Of a stretch of DNA of 64,000 nt, positions 1 through 9,017 are shown in pieces. The position numbers and the translations under genes are program-made. The stretch's first letter is position 1. Every line of letters starts with the position of its first letter. Origin of the DNA: Candidatus Poriferisocius sp. (lineage in GTDB: Bacteria; Actinomycetota; Acidimicrobiia; Acidimicrobiales; Bin134); NCBI GenBank assembly GCA_965208545.1, contig OZ242341.1:2399380-2463379 (forward strand), in the 5' to 3' direction. Under the pieces are notes generated by a model, which was given only the letters and a program-made list of their open reading frames with translations, was not told where the DNA came from and did no database searches.

Positions 1-1672
1 CCGGGGAGCCCCATGTGTTGGCGATCGACTGACCGCTGTACACCTCGGTCACCAACTCTCCGACCCCAACACACATCGGCGTAGCCTTGATGCCCACCGT
101 TGCCCACATGGTCGCCAACGTCTCGACGATGCGGAGGTTCTCTGGAGACATCGTGCAGAGGGGCTCGAATTCCAGCGGCCCGCCCAACTCAGCCTCGCAT
201 TCCTCCAAAGCAACTGCCGCCGCCACTGGGTCGTAATCGGGAAGCATCGCGTGGGGCTCGAGCCACGGGGACCCCGGGGCCATCAAGGTGCGATCCATGG
301 TTCTCACTCCGCCCCAAAGGAGGGTGTTCAAAGTGTCATAGTCGATGGCGTGTGCGACGGCCACCCGACACGCCCGAACGTTGAAAGGCGCCATTTCGCC
401 ATTTAGGAAAAATATGAAGCCGTAGTTGTCAATCCTGACAGTGGAATTCACGCCGTTAGCGGCAGCAAGCCTCAGAGTCTCATCATTGCCGTCATGCGCA
501 ATGTCAACATTGCCCTCACCAAAGGCGCTATACGTGGCTGCTGAGTTGACAATCGTCTTGAAAATCACCTTGTCCAAATACGGGCAGCCGTCCCGGAAAT
601 AGTCGGGATTGCGCACCAGCACCGCCTGGATATTCCCAACCCCAGATTCGAACATGAAGGGGCCAGCGCCCACTCCAATTGGGTTGTGGTTGATTTCAGC
701 GTTGAGTCCCGTCACTGGATCCTGGCCACTTCGGTAGGCATATGGCGACATCATCCAGGCCAGTCGATCAGCAAAGATCTGTGGGAACGTGGCGTCGCCG
801 CGTGCGGCAGTGATGTTTACGGTTAGGTCATCTATCTTCTCGATCGAGGAAATCCGGGATGCCTGGTACCCGTAACGAGATCGGACCGCCGGATTCTTGT
901 GATACTCCACATTCCAAAGGAATGCATCGGCATCAAGCGGCGTTCCATCCGTAAAATTGACGCCCTCTCGCAGCTTTAGCGTGAACACCTGATTGTCCTC
1001 GGTGGTGATGCTCTCGGCCAGACCTGGGACAAGTTGCCCGGTTGTGAGGTCCAAGTAAAAGAGGGCGTCGTACAGGGCCGTCATCCGAGTTGCCCCCGAA
1101 GGGTTCATGCCATCGTCATGTGCTGGATCCCAGCCCTTCATACCTGACGGTACGCCTATGGTCAGAGTGCCTCCCCGAGGCCGGTCATCGGTGCACTCGG
1201 TGGTGAGGATGGCACCATCTATGCGGCCGGTATTTCCGGTGGGAACCGGCCCAGAATCCACACCCTCCGACGATTCAGTCGGGTCGGGCTGGCTACCGCA
1301 GCCGTCGGGCACGATCTCGGTGTCCACGTTGAACAGGCAGCGGTAGGTGTTGAGCAAGGACTCCTGGGCAACCACCAATTGGTCGCGAATCTCTATCTCT
1401 GACGAAGTGGGCACGCCCTCAAACACATCAGGCGGGATAGGGCCCGTAGCAGGCTGCCCGTCGACGCATCCTCCAGGTACCACCCCAATGTCGATGTTGA
1501 ACAGGCAGCGATAGGTGTTAAGCAACGACTCCTGCGCCGCGATCAGGTTGTTACGGAAATTGATCTCTTCCAGAACAGTTGGCTCTTGAGCCGCCGCCCC
1601 GCCCGACACCGGGGCCACAACGCCGACAAACAGCGATGCCACCAGCAAGACGCCCTTCAACCTGAACTTCAC
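1..1672 (-). CDS. ABC transporter substrate-binding protein, family 5 (DppA/OppA/NikA type); 3' end lies outside the window
   Basis: The minus-strand frame is open from GTG (1672-1670) to beyond position 1. It is absent from the ORF track because no stop falls in the window. My translation begins VKFRLKGVLLVASLFVGVVAPVSGGAAAQE (signal peptide). It continues ...GGTLTIGVPSGMKGWDPAHDDGMNPSGATRMTALYDALFYLD...FTLKLREGVNFTDGTPLDADAFLWNVEYH, which is typical of SBP family 5. Confidence 0.8.
   Translation of the reverse strand, partial: MKFRLKGVLLVASLFVGVVAPVSGGAAAQEPTVLEEINFRNNLIAAQESLLNTYRCLFNIDIGVVPGGCVDGQPATGPIPPDVFEGVPTSSEIEIRDQLVVAQESLLNTYRCLFNVDTEIVPDGCGSQPDPTESSEGVDSGPVPTGNTGRIDGAILTTECTDDRPRGGTLTIGVPSGMKGWDPAHDDGMNPSGATRMTALYDALFYLDLTTGQLVPGLAESITTEDNQVFTLKLREGVNFTDGTPLDADAFLWNVEYHKNPAVRSRYGYQASRISSIEKIDDLTVNITAARGDATFPQIFADRLAWMMSPYAYRSGQDPVTGLNAEINHNPIGVGAGPFMFESGVGNIQAVLVRNPDYFRDGCPYLDKVIFKTIVNSAATYSAFGEGNVDIAHDGNDETLRLAAANGVNSTVRIDNYGFIFFLNGEMAPFNVRACRVAVAHAIDYDTLNTLLWGGVRTMDRTLMAPGSPWLEPHAMLPDYDPVAAAVALEECEAELGGPLEFEPLCTMSPENLRIVETLATMWATVGIKATPMCVGVGELVTEVYSGQSIANTWGSP
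1328..1537 (-). repeat. Two 42-nt near-identical direct repeats (1328-1369 and 1496-1537, about 38/42 identical, 168 nt apart) inside the SBP gene
   Basis: gttgaacaggcagcggtaggtgttgagcaaggactcctgggc versus gttgaacaggcagcgataggtgttaagcaacgactcctgcgc. Both encode AQESLLNTYRCLFN. Confidence 0.85.
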
Positions 1673-1695
1673 GCCCAGAACGATAGTAAGCCTGA

Positions 1696-2529
1696 TTATC
1701 GCATGACGGAGCCGCCGGCGACGGTGATGCATTCGCCGGTGATGAACGAAGCCTCGTTGGAGAGCAGGAAGGCGATCACCGCGGCGGTTTCATCGGGGTC
1801 TTGGAGGCGGTTGAGGGCGATTTTGGACTGCACCCACTGGTCGCGGTCGCCGCCTGACTGGGCCACGGTCTGAGCAAGGTAGGGGTGGCCGCTGTCCGTC
1901 GCGTCGGGATCTACGCCCAGCGGGCGCACACCGTTGACCCGGATTCGGTACGGCGCCAGTTCCATGGCAAAGGCCGAAACCAGCCGGTCTACCCCAGCTT
2001 TGGCGGCGGCGAATGCCGACGTTCCAACATCCGCGGCCACGGTGGCATACGACGACAGCAGCACAACGGACCCGCCGTCTCCCTGCTCGACCATCTGACG
2101 GGCTGAGGCTTGGGCCACCAAGAACGCTCCAGTGAGGTTCACGTCCGTCGATCGCCGCCACGACGCCTCGGTCAGCTCCAGCAGCGGCGCCCACCCCATT
2201 TCGGGACCCAGCCCGCCAGCCACGTTTACCACCAAGTCGAGCCGCCCCAACTCCTTGGCACACCGCTCGACTGCCTCGTTTACCTGGGCAGCGTCGGCTA
2301 CATCAGCTTCAAGCCGCAGAGCCGCCTGTCCCTCGGCCCGCACCGCCTCAACGGTGGCATCCAGCGCCTCTGGCGATGCGCAAGCCGAATCCGGATGACC
2401 AACCTCCACCCGATCGGCGCAAGCCACGTCGGCCCCGGCCCGAGCCAGCCGCACCGCCACCGCCCGTCCGATCTCGGGAGGACAGGCCGCCCCCATCACC
2501 AGCGCTACCTTCCCGGCAAAGTCGTGCAT
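1696..2529 (-). CDS. Short-chain dehydrogenase/reductase (SDR)
   Basis: The track ORF is 1696..2700. I trimmed it to the internal ATG at 2529 (MHDFAGKVALVMGAA...), where the Rossmann motif begins. It also contains NVAGG and a YxxxK-like segment (SSYATVAADVGTSAFAAAKAG). The upstream 57 codons are Arg/Pro/His-rich filler. Confidence 0.8.
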   Translation of the reverse strand: MHDFAGKVALVMGAACPPEIGRAVAVRLARAGADVACADRVEVGHPDSACASPEALDATVEAVRAEGQAALRLEADVADAAQVNEAVERCAKELGRLDLVVNVAGGLGPEMGWAPLLELTEASWRRSTDVNLTGAFLVAQASARQMVEQGDGGSVVLLSSYATVAADVGTSAFAAAKAGVDRLVSAFAMELAPYRIRVNGVRPLGVDPDATDSGHPYLAQTVAQSGGDRDQWVQSKIALNRLQDPDETAAVIAFLLSNEASFITGECITVAGGSVMR

Positions 2530-2619
2530 CCCTTCAGCATCCCCCAGCCACGATGTCGGCATCCACACCGAGCGGTTTCTCCTTCCAATCGCGCCACAAC
2601 CCGCAATTAGGGTGGCCGG

Positions 2620-3129
2620 GTGCAGGTGGGGGCGGCCCGGTATCAGATGGCGGGTGGGATCCACCAGATCCCGGTGCCCGGTGCGGCCGGGCATCTCCAC
2701 GCCGCGGCATTCGCAGTAACCGGGCCTGATCCCTCGGCGGCCCTAGAAGATGTGGGCGCCGGGGTGATGGTGTGCTTGCTAACCGACGCCGAAATTGCCA
2801 TGCGATTTCCCGACTACCCCGCGTGGCTGGATAACCCTGCTCCTCACCAGGCCATTCATGTACCGATGGTCGATCAAGAGGTAGCCGGCGACGACGAGGT
2901 TCGAAAGCTGGTGGGTGACATCAACCAGCACCTAGACCAGGGCACCGGGGTGATGGTCCACTGTGGGGCCGGTTACGGCCGGGCCGGAATCGTGTGCATC
3001 TCGGTGCTCACCTCCCGGGGAATGGACCTCGAAGGAGCGGTGGCCGCGGTGCGAGCCGCCCGGCCCGCAGCGGGACCCCAGTCCCATTCGCAGGAGGCTC
3101 AGATCGCCCGCTTAGCCGCTGGAGTGTAA
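2620..3129 (+). CDS. Cys-based protein tyrosine / dual-specificity phosphatase-like protein
   Basis: It carries the P-loop signature HCGAGYGRAG (HCxxGxxR) followed by IVCISVL. The start is uncertain: GTG 2620, GTG 2626 or ATG 2647. Confidence 0.6.
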   Translation: MQVGAARYQMAGGIHQIPVPGAAGHLHAAAFAVTGPDPSAALEDVGAGVMVCLLTDAEIAMRFPDYPAWLDNPAPHQAIHVPMVDQEVAGDDEVRKLVGDINQHLDQGTGVMVHCGAGYGRAGIVCISVLTSRGMDLEGAVAAVRAARPAAGPQSHSQEAQIARLAAGV

Positions 3130-3140
3130 AAGGCCGCTGC

Positions 3141-3905
3141 TCACATGCCGCCGGCGATCTTGTAATCGTGGCCGGTGACGTATGAGGCCGCATCAGAGGC
3201 CAGGAACAGGGCCAGTCCGATGATCTCGTCGCAGTCGGCCACCCGCTTCATCATCGTGGCCCGCCCTGATCGTTCGGGAAACTCGGGGTCGAATCGCATG
3301 GATCCCTTCATCATCTCCGACATGAAGGGCCCCGGCACCAGGGAGTTGACCCGCACGTTCAGCCCAGCCCACTCCCCTGCCATGGCCCGGGTGAGGTTGT
3401 GCAGCGCCGCCTTGCTGGAGGTGTAGATCCCCACACCGGGGCCACCGCCGTATGCGCCCATGGTGGTCACGTTGATGATCGACCCGCCGCCAGCCTCCCC
3501 CATGCGGGGGGCCACTAGCCCGGCCAGGCGGATCGGCCCCTTCACGTTTACCGCGTACACCTTGTCGAAGTAGGCCTCCGTGCAATCAGCCACCGTGACC
3601 GGTGCGGGGTTGATACCGGCGTTGTTGACCAGCACATCCAACTGGCCCAATTCGTCGTACACCCGGTCGACCAGGGCGTCAATCTGGTCCCACTCCCCCA
3701 TGTGGCAGGCGATGCCCCGCACCGTTTCGCCTCCTAGCTCATCATTCAGCTCAGCGGCGGCCTCGTCGCAGCCCTCTTGACGCCGTCCGGTGATCACCAC
3801 CTCGGCCCCAGCCATGGCATAGCCCTTGGCAATGGACCGGCCGATGCCCTTGGTCCCCCCGGTGACCACCGCCACTTTCCCCGTCAAGTCGAACAAACTG
3901 CTCAT
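3141..3905 (-). CDS. SDR family oxidoreductase (FabG-like)
   Basis: It has TGGTKGIG (TGxxxGIG), NNAG and YTSSKAA (YxxxK). The 254-aa length is typical of classical SDRs. Confidence 0.85.
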   Translation of the reverse strand: MSSLFDLTGKVAVVTGGTKGIGRSIAKGYAMAGAEVVITGRRQEGCDEAAAELNDELGGETVRGIACHMGEWDQIDALVDRVYDELGQLDVLVNNAGINPAPVTVADCTEAYFDKVYAVNVKGPIRLAGLVAPRMGEAGGGSIINVTTMGAYGGGPGVGIYTSSKAALHNLTRAMAGEWAGLNVRVNSLVPGPFMSEMMKGSMRFDPEFPERSGRATMMKRVADCDEIIGLALFLASDAASYVTGHDYKIAGGM

Positions 3906-3943
3906 GGCCTGATCTTACGAACCACCGTCTGGCTGACTGCCAT

Positions 3944-3969
3944 GCAGGGCTGCCACAGCGGCAGCCTGC
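3944..3969 (-). terminator. Imperfect GC hairpin downstream of the flavodoxin-like gene
   Basis: gcagggctgcc-acagc-ggcagcctgc forms a stem of about 10 bp with one bulge. No clear U-tract follows on the minus strand. Confidence 0.25.
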
Positions 3970-3980
3970 TGGCATAAGGG

Positions 3981-4439
3981 TCAGTAGATCCCCAGTTCCA
4001 AACCGGCGGCCAGGGTCATGCCCAATTCCCGGCAGGCCTCCAAGTGGTCGTCGGTCAGCTCGCCTGTGGCCACCACCGGCGGAGCCACCGCCTTCCACCC
4101 CAACCCGGTGACCAGAGGCTCCACCGCCCGCACCGCACCGGTGCCGTCGTTGCCGGCCCGCACGAACAGGCCATAGGGCCGGCCTCGGGTGTGGTCCAAG
4201 CAGTCGTAGTACACGGTGTCGAAGAAGTGCTTGAGGGCGCCGCTCATGTAGCCGAAGTTCTCCGGGGTGCCCAGCAGGTAGCCGTCGGCGGCCATCACAT
4301 CGTCCGGGGTGGCATCGAGCGCAGCCACCTCCAACACTTCCACACCATCGATGTCGGGATGGCTGGCCCCGGCCACCACCGCCTCGGTCATGGCTTTGGT
4401 ACCGCCGGTCTTGGAGTGGGACACCACCAGCACTCGCAT
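3981..4439 (-). CDS. Flavodoxin-like fold / NAD(P)H-dependent FMN reductase family protein
   Basis: The sequence MRVLVVSHSKTGGTKAM...ADGYLLGTPENFGYMSGALKHFFD matches the flavodoxin-like FMN-binding pattern. Confidence 0.7.
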   Translation of the reverse strand: MRVLVVSHSKTGGTKAMTEAVVAGASHPDIDGVEVLEVAALDATPDDVMAADGYLLGTPENFGYMSGALKHFFDTVYYDCLDHTRGRPYGLFVRAGNDGTGAVRAVEPLVTGLGWKAVAPPVVATGELTDDHLEACRELGMTLAAGLELGIY

Positions 4440-4476
4440 GCTTCCGACGGTACTCCCCCCTCAGAGTCCTTGCGGG

Positions 4477-5721
4477 CTAACTGGCGGCAGTACCCACGTC
4501 CATGGAGGCGAATCGGCGGGTGCTCACCAGCCAGGCGGCCAGCACCACGATGGTGGCTGCGCTGATCGACACCGTGACTCGGGGGCCGATCCAGTCGTAC
4601 AGCGCCCCTTGGATCATGGTGCCCACGCCGATGGCCACGTTGATCACCATCAGGTACAAGGCGATGACCCGACCCCGCATGGACTCCTCCACCTGGAGCT
4701 GGATGACGGTGTTCAGCGTCGAAGCGGTGGCGAGGTGGCAGCCGCCGAGGATGAGTAAGAACACAATGGCCATGGCATACCAGGGCGCCAGTCCGAATCC
4801 AGCCAGCGCCAGCCCATAGATGCTCAGCCCAATACCCAGCAGCCGGGACCGGGCGGTGAACTGACCCCTTCCGGCCACCAGGGGGAAGAAGATGATCGAT
4901 CCGATGCCGGTGCCGGCGGCCAGCAGGCCCAGCTGCCAACCGCTGGTGTTGAACTCTTCTTCGGCGAAAACCACGATTAGGAAAATGATGGGCTGGGCAC
5001 AAGTAGCGGTAATGAGCACCGTCTTGAATGCCCTTTGGATGCCCGGCTGGGTTCTCCAGTAGCCCACCACCTCGCGCAGATCGGCGAACACCCTGATGGG
5101 AGGCGGGTCGTCGGGCAAAAGGCGGGGCACCTGGATGAGCACCACGGTAAACAGCACCGCAAAAAAGGAGACCCCGTTGGCGAAGAACACCCAGCCCGGT
5201 CCGAAGAATCCCAACAGCACGCCGCCCAGGGCCGGCCCTACTGCCCGGGTGGCCTGGAACTGGGTGGAGTTGAGGGTCACCGCGTTCAAGAGCAGCTCTT
5301 TGGGCACCAGTTCGGCGATGAAGGCCTGCCAGGCGGGCAGCATAAACCCGTTGAGGATGCCGTAGCCCCAGGCCAACAGCATGTAGATCACCGGCGAGCG
5401 CACACCCGCCGCCCACAGGGCGGCAAACCCGAAGGCCCCCACGCACAGCAAACTCTGAGTCACCAGGATGATGCTGCGGCGGGGCACCCGGTCGGCCAAC
5501 GGCCCGGCCCACAAATTGGTGAAAACCGTCATTATCATTTGGGTGATCGCCACCAGTCCGACCCACGCTCCCCGGTCGGTGATCTCGTCGATCACATAGG
5601 CCAGCACCAGAATCTGCATCCACGTTCCGGTGTTGGAGACCAACGCCCCAAACCAGAACAACCGGAAGTTGCGCAACCGCAAGGCCCGAGTCGAAGCCCG
5701 AAACCCCGATCGATCAACCAC
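4477..5721 (-). CDS. MFS transporter
   Basis: The 414-aa protein is hydrophobic throughout. It starts RLRNFRLFWFGALVSNTGTWMQ, which resembles EntS/MFS_3-type exporters, and has PLADRVPRR in the loop 2-3 position. Confidence 0.8.
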   Translation of the reverse strand: MVDRSGFRASTRALRLRNFRLFWFGALVSNTGTWMQILVLAYVIDEITDRGAWVGLVAITQMIMTVFTNLWAGPLADRVPRRSIILVTQSLLCVGAFGFAALWAAGVRSPVIYMLLAWGYGILNGFMLPAWQAFIAELVPKELLLNAVTLNSTQFQATRAVGPALGGVLLGFFGPGWVFFANGVSFFAVLFTVVLIQVPRLLPDDPPPIRVFADLREVVGYWRTQPGIQRAFKTVLITATCAQPIIFLIVVFAEEEFNTSGWQLGLLAAGTGIGSIIFFPLVAGRGQFTARSRLLGIGLSIYGLALAGFGLAPWYAMAIVFLLILGGCHLATASTLNTVIQLQVEESMRGRVIALYLMVINVAIGVGTMIQGALYDWIGPRVTVSISAATIVVLAAWLVSTRRFASMDVGTAAS

Positions 5722-5774
5722 CCAGCGACCCTACCCCCGCCCGGCAATCGGCAATACCTCCACAAGTTGGATCC

Positions 5775-5791
5775 GTACGGTGCTACCGTAC
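5775..5791. promoter_or_regulatory. Perfect 7-3-7 palindrome gtacggt-gct-accgtac, 6 nt upstream of the higA-like start
   Basis: Read directly from the sequence. It lies in the 75-bp divergent spacer between the MFS gene and the HigA-like gene, so it is a candidate operator. Confidence 0.4.
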
Positions 5792-5796
5792 AATCA

Positions 5797-6102
5797 ATGC
5801 CTGTGAACCCAGTCGAAATCAACATGACCCCATCGCATCCGGGCGATTTCGTTCGCACTGAGATCATCGAGGAACTCAGTCTGAGCGTTTCGAAAGCGGC
5901 CGAGATCTTGGGGGTCCGCCGAGCAACCCTGTCCGACTTGTTGAACGGCAATGCCGCCCTATCAGCAGAAATGGCACTCCGTCTTGAGAAGGCTTTCGAC
6001 GTAAGCATGGAGATGCTCCTGCGGATGCAGGCCTGGTACGACGCGGCGATGATGCGAGCCCGAGCTGACGAGGTCGATGTCAAACGATACGAGCCCGTGT
6101 AG
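5797..6102 (+). CDS. higA: HigA-family antitoxin-like XRE HTH protein (no partner toxin seen)
   Basis: This is the C-terminal 101 codons of track ORF 5035..6102, starting at ATG 5797. HPGDFVRTEIIEELSLSVSKAAEILGVRRATLSDLLNGNAALSAEMALRLEKAF matches the HigA antidote family pattern. Confidence 0.75.
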   Translation: MPVNPVEINMTPSHPGDFVRTEIIEELSLSVSKAAEILGVRRATLSDLLNGNAALSAEMALRLEKAFDVSMEMLLRMQAWYDAAMMRARADEVDVKRYEPV

Positions 6103-6255
6103 CCGTGAAGATGAAGATCGGAGAGCCGGATGCCCACCGCGAGGGCAGACTCACACTCTCGGGGTGACCAGCGCTATTTCCGCTGACCTAGTGTCAAAAA
6201 CCGTGCATGCATGGTCTGCTCCGAGCGGCAACACGGCCGCGTTTGGAGAGCGGCC

Positions 6256-7185
6256 GTGACGACGGTGGTCGAACTCGACCGCGTTTCGAAATCGTTTGGG
6301 GACCAGTCGGTCTTGCGGGAGCTCTCGTTTTCCATCGAGCGGGGTGAGATCTTCTGCCTGCTTGGACCGAACGGTGCGGGCAAAACCACCACTTTGGAGA
6401 TCCTCGAGGGATTCCTCGAACCTGATTCCGGATCGGTCCAAGTCCTCGGGTGTGATCCACTCACATCTGGTGAAACGCTCCGACCGAGCGTGGGGGTTGT
6501 GCTGCAAGAGAGCGGGTTCCCGAAATTCTTTCGGGTGGGAGAGATGATCGACACCTGGCGGTCCTACTACGACGATCCGCTGCCTTACGACGATATTCTC
6601 GACCTTGTCGATCTGCGTAGCGACGAGGCGAAGTTGGTACGAAAACTCTCCGGGGGGCAGCGTCGCCGACTCGATTTCGCACTGGCGGTTGCCGGCGACC
6701 CGGAAGTCATCTTCCTTGACGAGCCGACCACGGGCTTCGACCCAGAGGCGAGGGCGCGCTGTTGGGAAGCCATCGCCAGTCTGCGAGAACTAGGCAAGAC
6801 CATACTGCTGACCACCCACTATCTAGACGAGGCCGAACGCCTTGGTGATCGAATTGCAGTGCTCTTGGACGGCGCGGCCGGAGCGATCGGCAGCACCCAG
6901 GAACTGGCTCAGCTAGCCAATCTGGGGGTGACGGTCTCGTTCCAGACGACGGCCGAAGTTGCTGAGGAGCTTGCTCGCGAGTTCCCCGGGCTCAATGCAG
7001 CCGACGAGTCTGTGGACGGCCAGATCGACAATGTCCGCGCCCTCACTCGTCGACTCGAATTGCTCGACGATCACGCGTCGCAGCGGGCATTTGCCAGTCT
7101 CCGAGTTCAGCCTCCGAGCCTTGAGCAGGCCTACCTCTCGCTGGTCGGCAGGCAATCGCTCCCGACAGATTCGAGATCGCAATGA
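6256..7185 (+). CDS. ABC transporter ATP-binding protein (ABC-2/DrrA-like exporter type)
   Basis: It has Walker A GPNGAGKTT, signature LSGGQRRRL and Walker B IFLDEPTTGFD. I prefer the GTG at 6256 (VTTVVELDRVSKSF) as the start. The track ORF begins at 6211. Confidence 0.85.
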   Translation: MTTVVELDRVSKSFGDQSVLRELSFSIERGEIFCLLGPNGAGKTTTLEILEGFLEPDSGSVQVLGCDPLTSGETLRPSVGVVLQESGFPKFFRVGEMIDTWRSYYDDPLPYDDILDLVDLRSDEAKLVRKLSGGQRRRLDFALAVAGDPEVIFLDEPTTGFDPEARARCWEAIASLRELGKTILLTTHYLDEAERLGDRIAVLLDGAAGAIGSTQELAQLANLGVTVSFQTTAEVAEELAREFPGLNAADESVDGQIDNVRALTRRLELLDDHASQRAFASLRVQPPSLEQAYLSLVGRQSLPTDSRSQ

Positions 7186-7952
7186 TGTCGATCCTTGTCC
7201 GAATGGGTCGCCAGGCCAAGCTCGAACAGCGGGCCTTCTGGCGGAACCCCGACTATGCCTTCTTCACCTTTCTGCTGCCGCTCTTGTTGCTGGCGTTGCT
7301 CGGTTCCGTCAACTCAGGGGACGAGATCGGCGACCGGACCGACATCAACGCCATTGACTTGGTGGTGCCCGGAGTGGTCGCCTTCGCGGTAATGGTTTCC
7401 GCCTACGCCAACCTGGCATCTCGTCTGGCTGTTCTCAGGGCCGATGGGGTCTTGAAGAGGATTAGAACTACGCCGCTCGATCCGCGGGCGTATCTCACCG
7501 CGCAGCTCCTCAGCACCTTGGTCACCACCCTGTTGGCCAGTGCCGCCACCATCCTTCTGGGATTCGTCGCCTTCGACGTCTCACCCCGAGCCGAAGGAGT
7601 GCTCGCTCTCGCCCTCGGGCTCGTTCTCGGCATCATCTGCTTTGCCGCCCTCGGACTCGCCCTCAGTTCGGCCATCTCCCATGCTGATGCCGCCGGTCCC
7701 ATCACCCATGCCACCTACCTCCCCCTGGCATTGGTCTCTGGTGTCTTCGATCCCAGCATCAACATCCCCGGCTGGCTGGAGACCCTGGTTTCCCTCTTCC
7801 CCGTCCAAGCGCTCGTCGAGCTCCTGGTGGCGGCTTACGACCCGACGGCCGACGGTGTGCCCCTCGGGGCCTCATTGGTGCTGGCTATTTGGGGAATAGG
7901 TGCCATTGCCATCGCCATGCGGACTTTCAGCTGGGTCCCGTCGCGGAACTAG
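7182..7952 (+). CDS. ABC-2 type transporter permease
   Basis: Its ATGA start overlaps the stop of the ATPase gene. The 256-aa protein has about six hydrophobic segments. Confidence 0.8.
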   Translation: MMSILVRMGRQAKLEQRAFWRNPDYAFFTFLLPLLLLALLGSVNSGDEIGDRTDINAIDLVVPGVVAFAVMVSAYANLASRLAVLRADGVLKRIRTTPLDPRAYLTAQLLSTLVTTLLASAATILLGFVAFDVSPRAEGVLALALGLVLGIICFAALGLALSSAISHADAAGPITHATYLPLALVSGVFDPSINIPGWLETLVSLFPVQALVELLVAAYDPTADGVPLGASLVLAIWGIGAIAIAMRTFSWVPSRN

Positions 7953-7985
7953 ACCGTCTAGGCCGCACCGCTAGGCTTCGCGGCC

Positions 7986-9017
7986 GTGCGAGCATGGCGT
8001 GTTCATCAATACGGGAGGCCGTCGGAGGCTCTGCGGCTGGATGACATCGAGGAGCCGGAGCCGGAACCGGGCAAGATCCGAGTGGCGCCCACTCGGACGG
8101 TGCTGAACTTCAACGAGATCGACGGCTGCCACGGGCGCTACCGCACCGTGAACCCCGAGCTCCCCTACACCTTGGGCATGGAGGTGTTGGGCACGGTTGA
8201 CGCCGCTGGGGAGGGAGCCGAGGAGTGGCTCGGACGCCGGGTGCACGCCACCGCCGAGAGTGCCTTCGGAGGCTACGCCGACAAGGTGATCGCCCAGCCC
8301 GACATGGTGTTCGACGCCCCCAAATCGCTCGACGACACCGAGGCGGCCGCCTTCTTCTTTCCGTTCCATTTGGCCTGGCTGGGTTTGCACGAGCGGGGTC
8401 AGGTCCAGCCCGGGGAGTGGGTGCTGATCCACGCCGCGGCCGGCGGGGTGGGTTCGGCCGCAGTGCAGCTGGCCGTCGACGCCGGGGCCCGGGTGATCGG
8501 CACTGCGGGCAGCAAGGCCAAGTGCGAGTTCGTGCGCTCCCTGGGGGCCGAAGCCGCGGTGAACTACCGGGACGGGGACTTCGCCACCGAAGTGCGGGAC
8601 ATCACCGGTGGGTCCGGAGTCGACCTGGTGTTCGACGGCGTAGGGGGCGAGGTCACCGAGGCTTCGCTGCGGTGCATGACTCGGGGCGGGCGGCTGATGA
8701 TCATTGGCTTTGCCAGCAAGATCGAGGCCGAGGATGCGGTCGGCCTCCCCCCGAGGCTGCTGTGCTTCTCCCAAGTCTCGATCGGAGGGGTGCTCTTGGC
8801 CTACAGCGGCAACCCAGCGGTCTATGGCGGCATGGCCGGGTTCAACATCAACCCCCGATCGTTGGGCGACCAGATCCACGAGGAGCTCTGCGGCCGGCTA
8901 GCCGAGGGCCGGATCGCCCCGTTGGTGGGCGGAACGGTGGCCTTCGAGGAGCTGCCCATCGCCCTGGAGCAGATGGAGGACCGCCTCACCACAGGGCGCA
9001 TTGTGGTGGTCTGTTGA
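7986..9017 (+). CDS. NADPH:quinone oxidoreductase / MDR zinc-type alcohol dehydrogenase family
   Basis: The sequence MRAWRVHQYGRP...LRLDDIEEPEP...VLIHAAAGGVGSAAVQLA (AxxGxxG) shows the typical MDR layout. Confidence 0.8.
   Translation: MRAWRVHQYGRPSEALRLDDIEEPEPEPGKIRVAPTRTVLNFNEIDGCHGRYRTVNPELPYTLGMEVLGTVDAAGEGAEEWLGRRVHATAESAFGGYADKVIAQPDMVFDAPKSLDDTEAAAFFFPFHLAWLGLHERGQVQPGEWVLIHAAAGGVGSAAVQLAVDAGARVIGTAGSKAKCEFVRSLGAEAAVNYRDGDFATEVRDITGGSGVDLVFDGVGGEVTEASLRCMTRGGRLMIIGFASKIEAEDAVGLPPRLLCFSQVSIGGVLLAYSGNPAVYGGMAGFNINPRSLGDQIHEELCGRLAEGRIAPLVGGTVAFEELPIALEQMEDRLTTGRIVVVC

Noticed and set aside
2530-2700. 57-codon N-terminal extension of the SDR ORF
   Set aside because: The Rossmann fold begins right after the internal Met at 2529. 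The extension is low-complexity and would collide with the divergent phosphatase gene.
4388-5623. 411-aa minus-strand ORF overlapping the MFS gene in another frame; also the 5035..5796 part of the plus-strand ORF
   Set aside because: The MFS frame gives 12 hydrophobic segments and these frames give none. Only the last 101 codons of 5035..6102 show HigA homology.
6103-6210. HigB/RelE toxin partner for the HigA-like gene (5722-5796 also checked)
   Set aside because: There is no ORF of useful length on either strand. The flanking spaces are 75 and about 150 bp.
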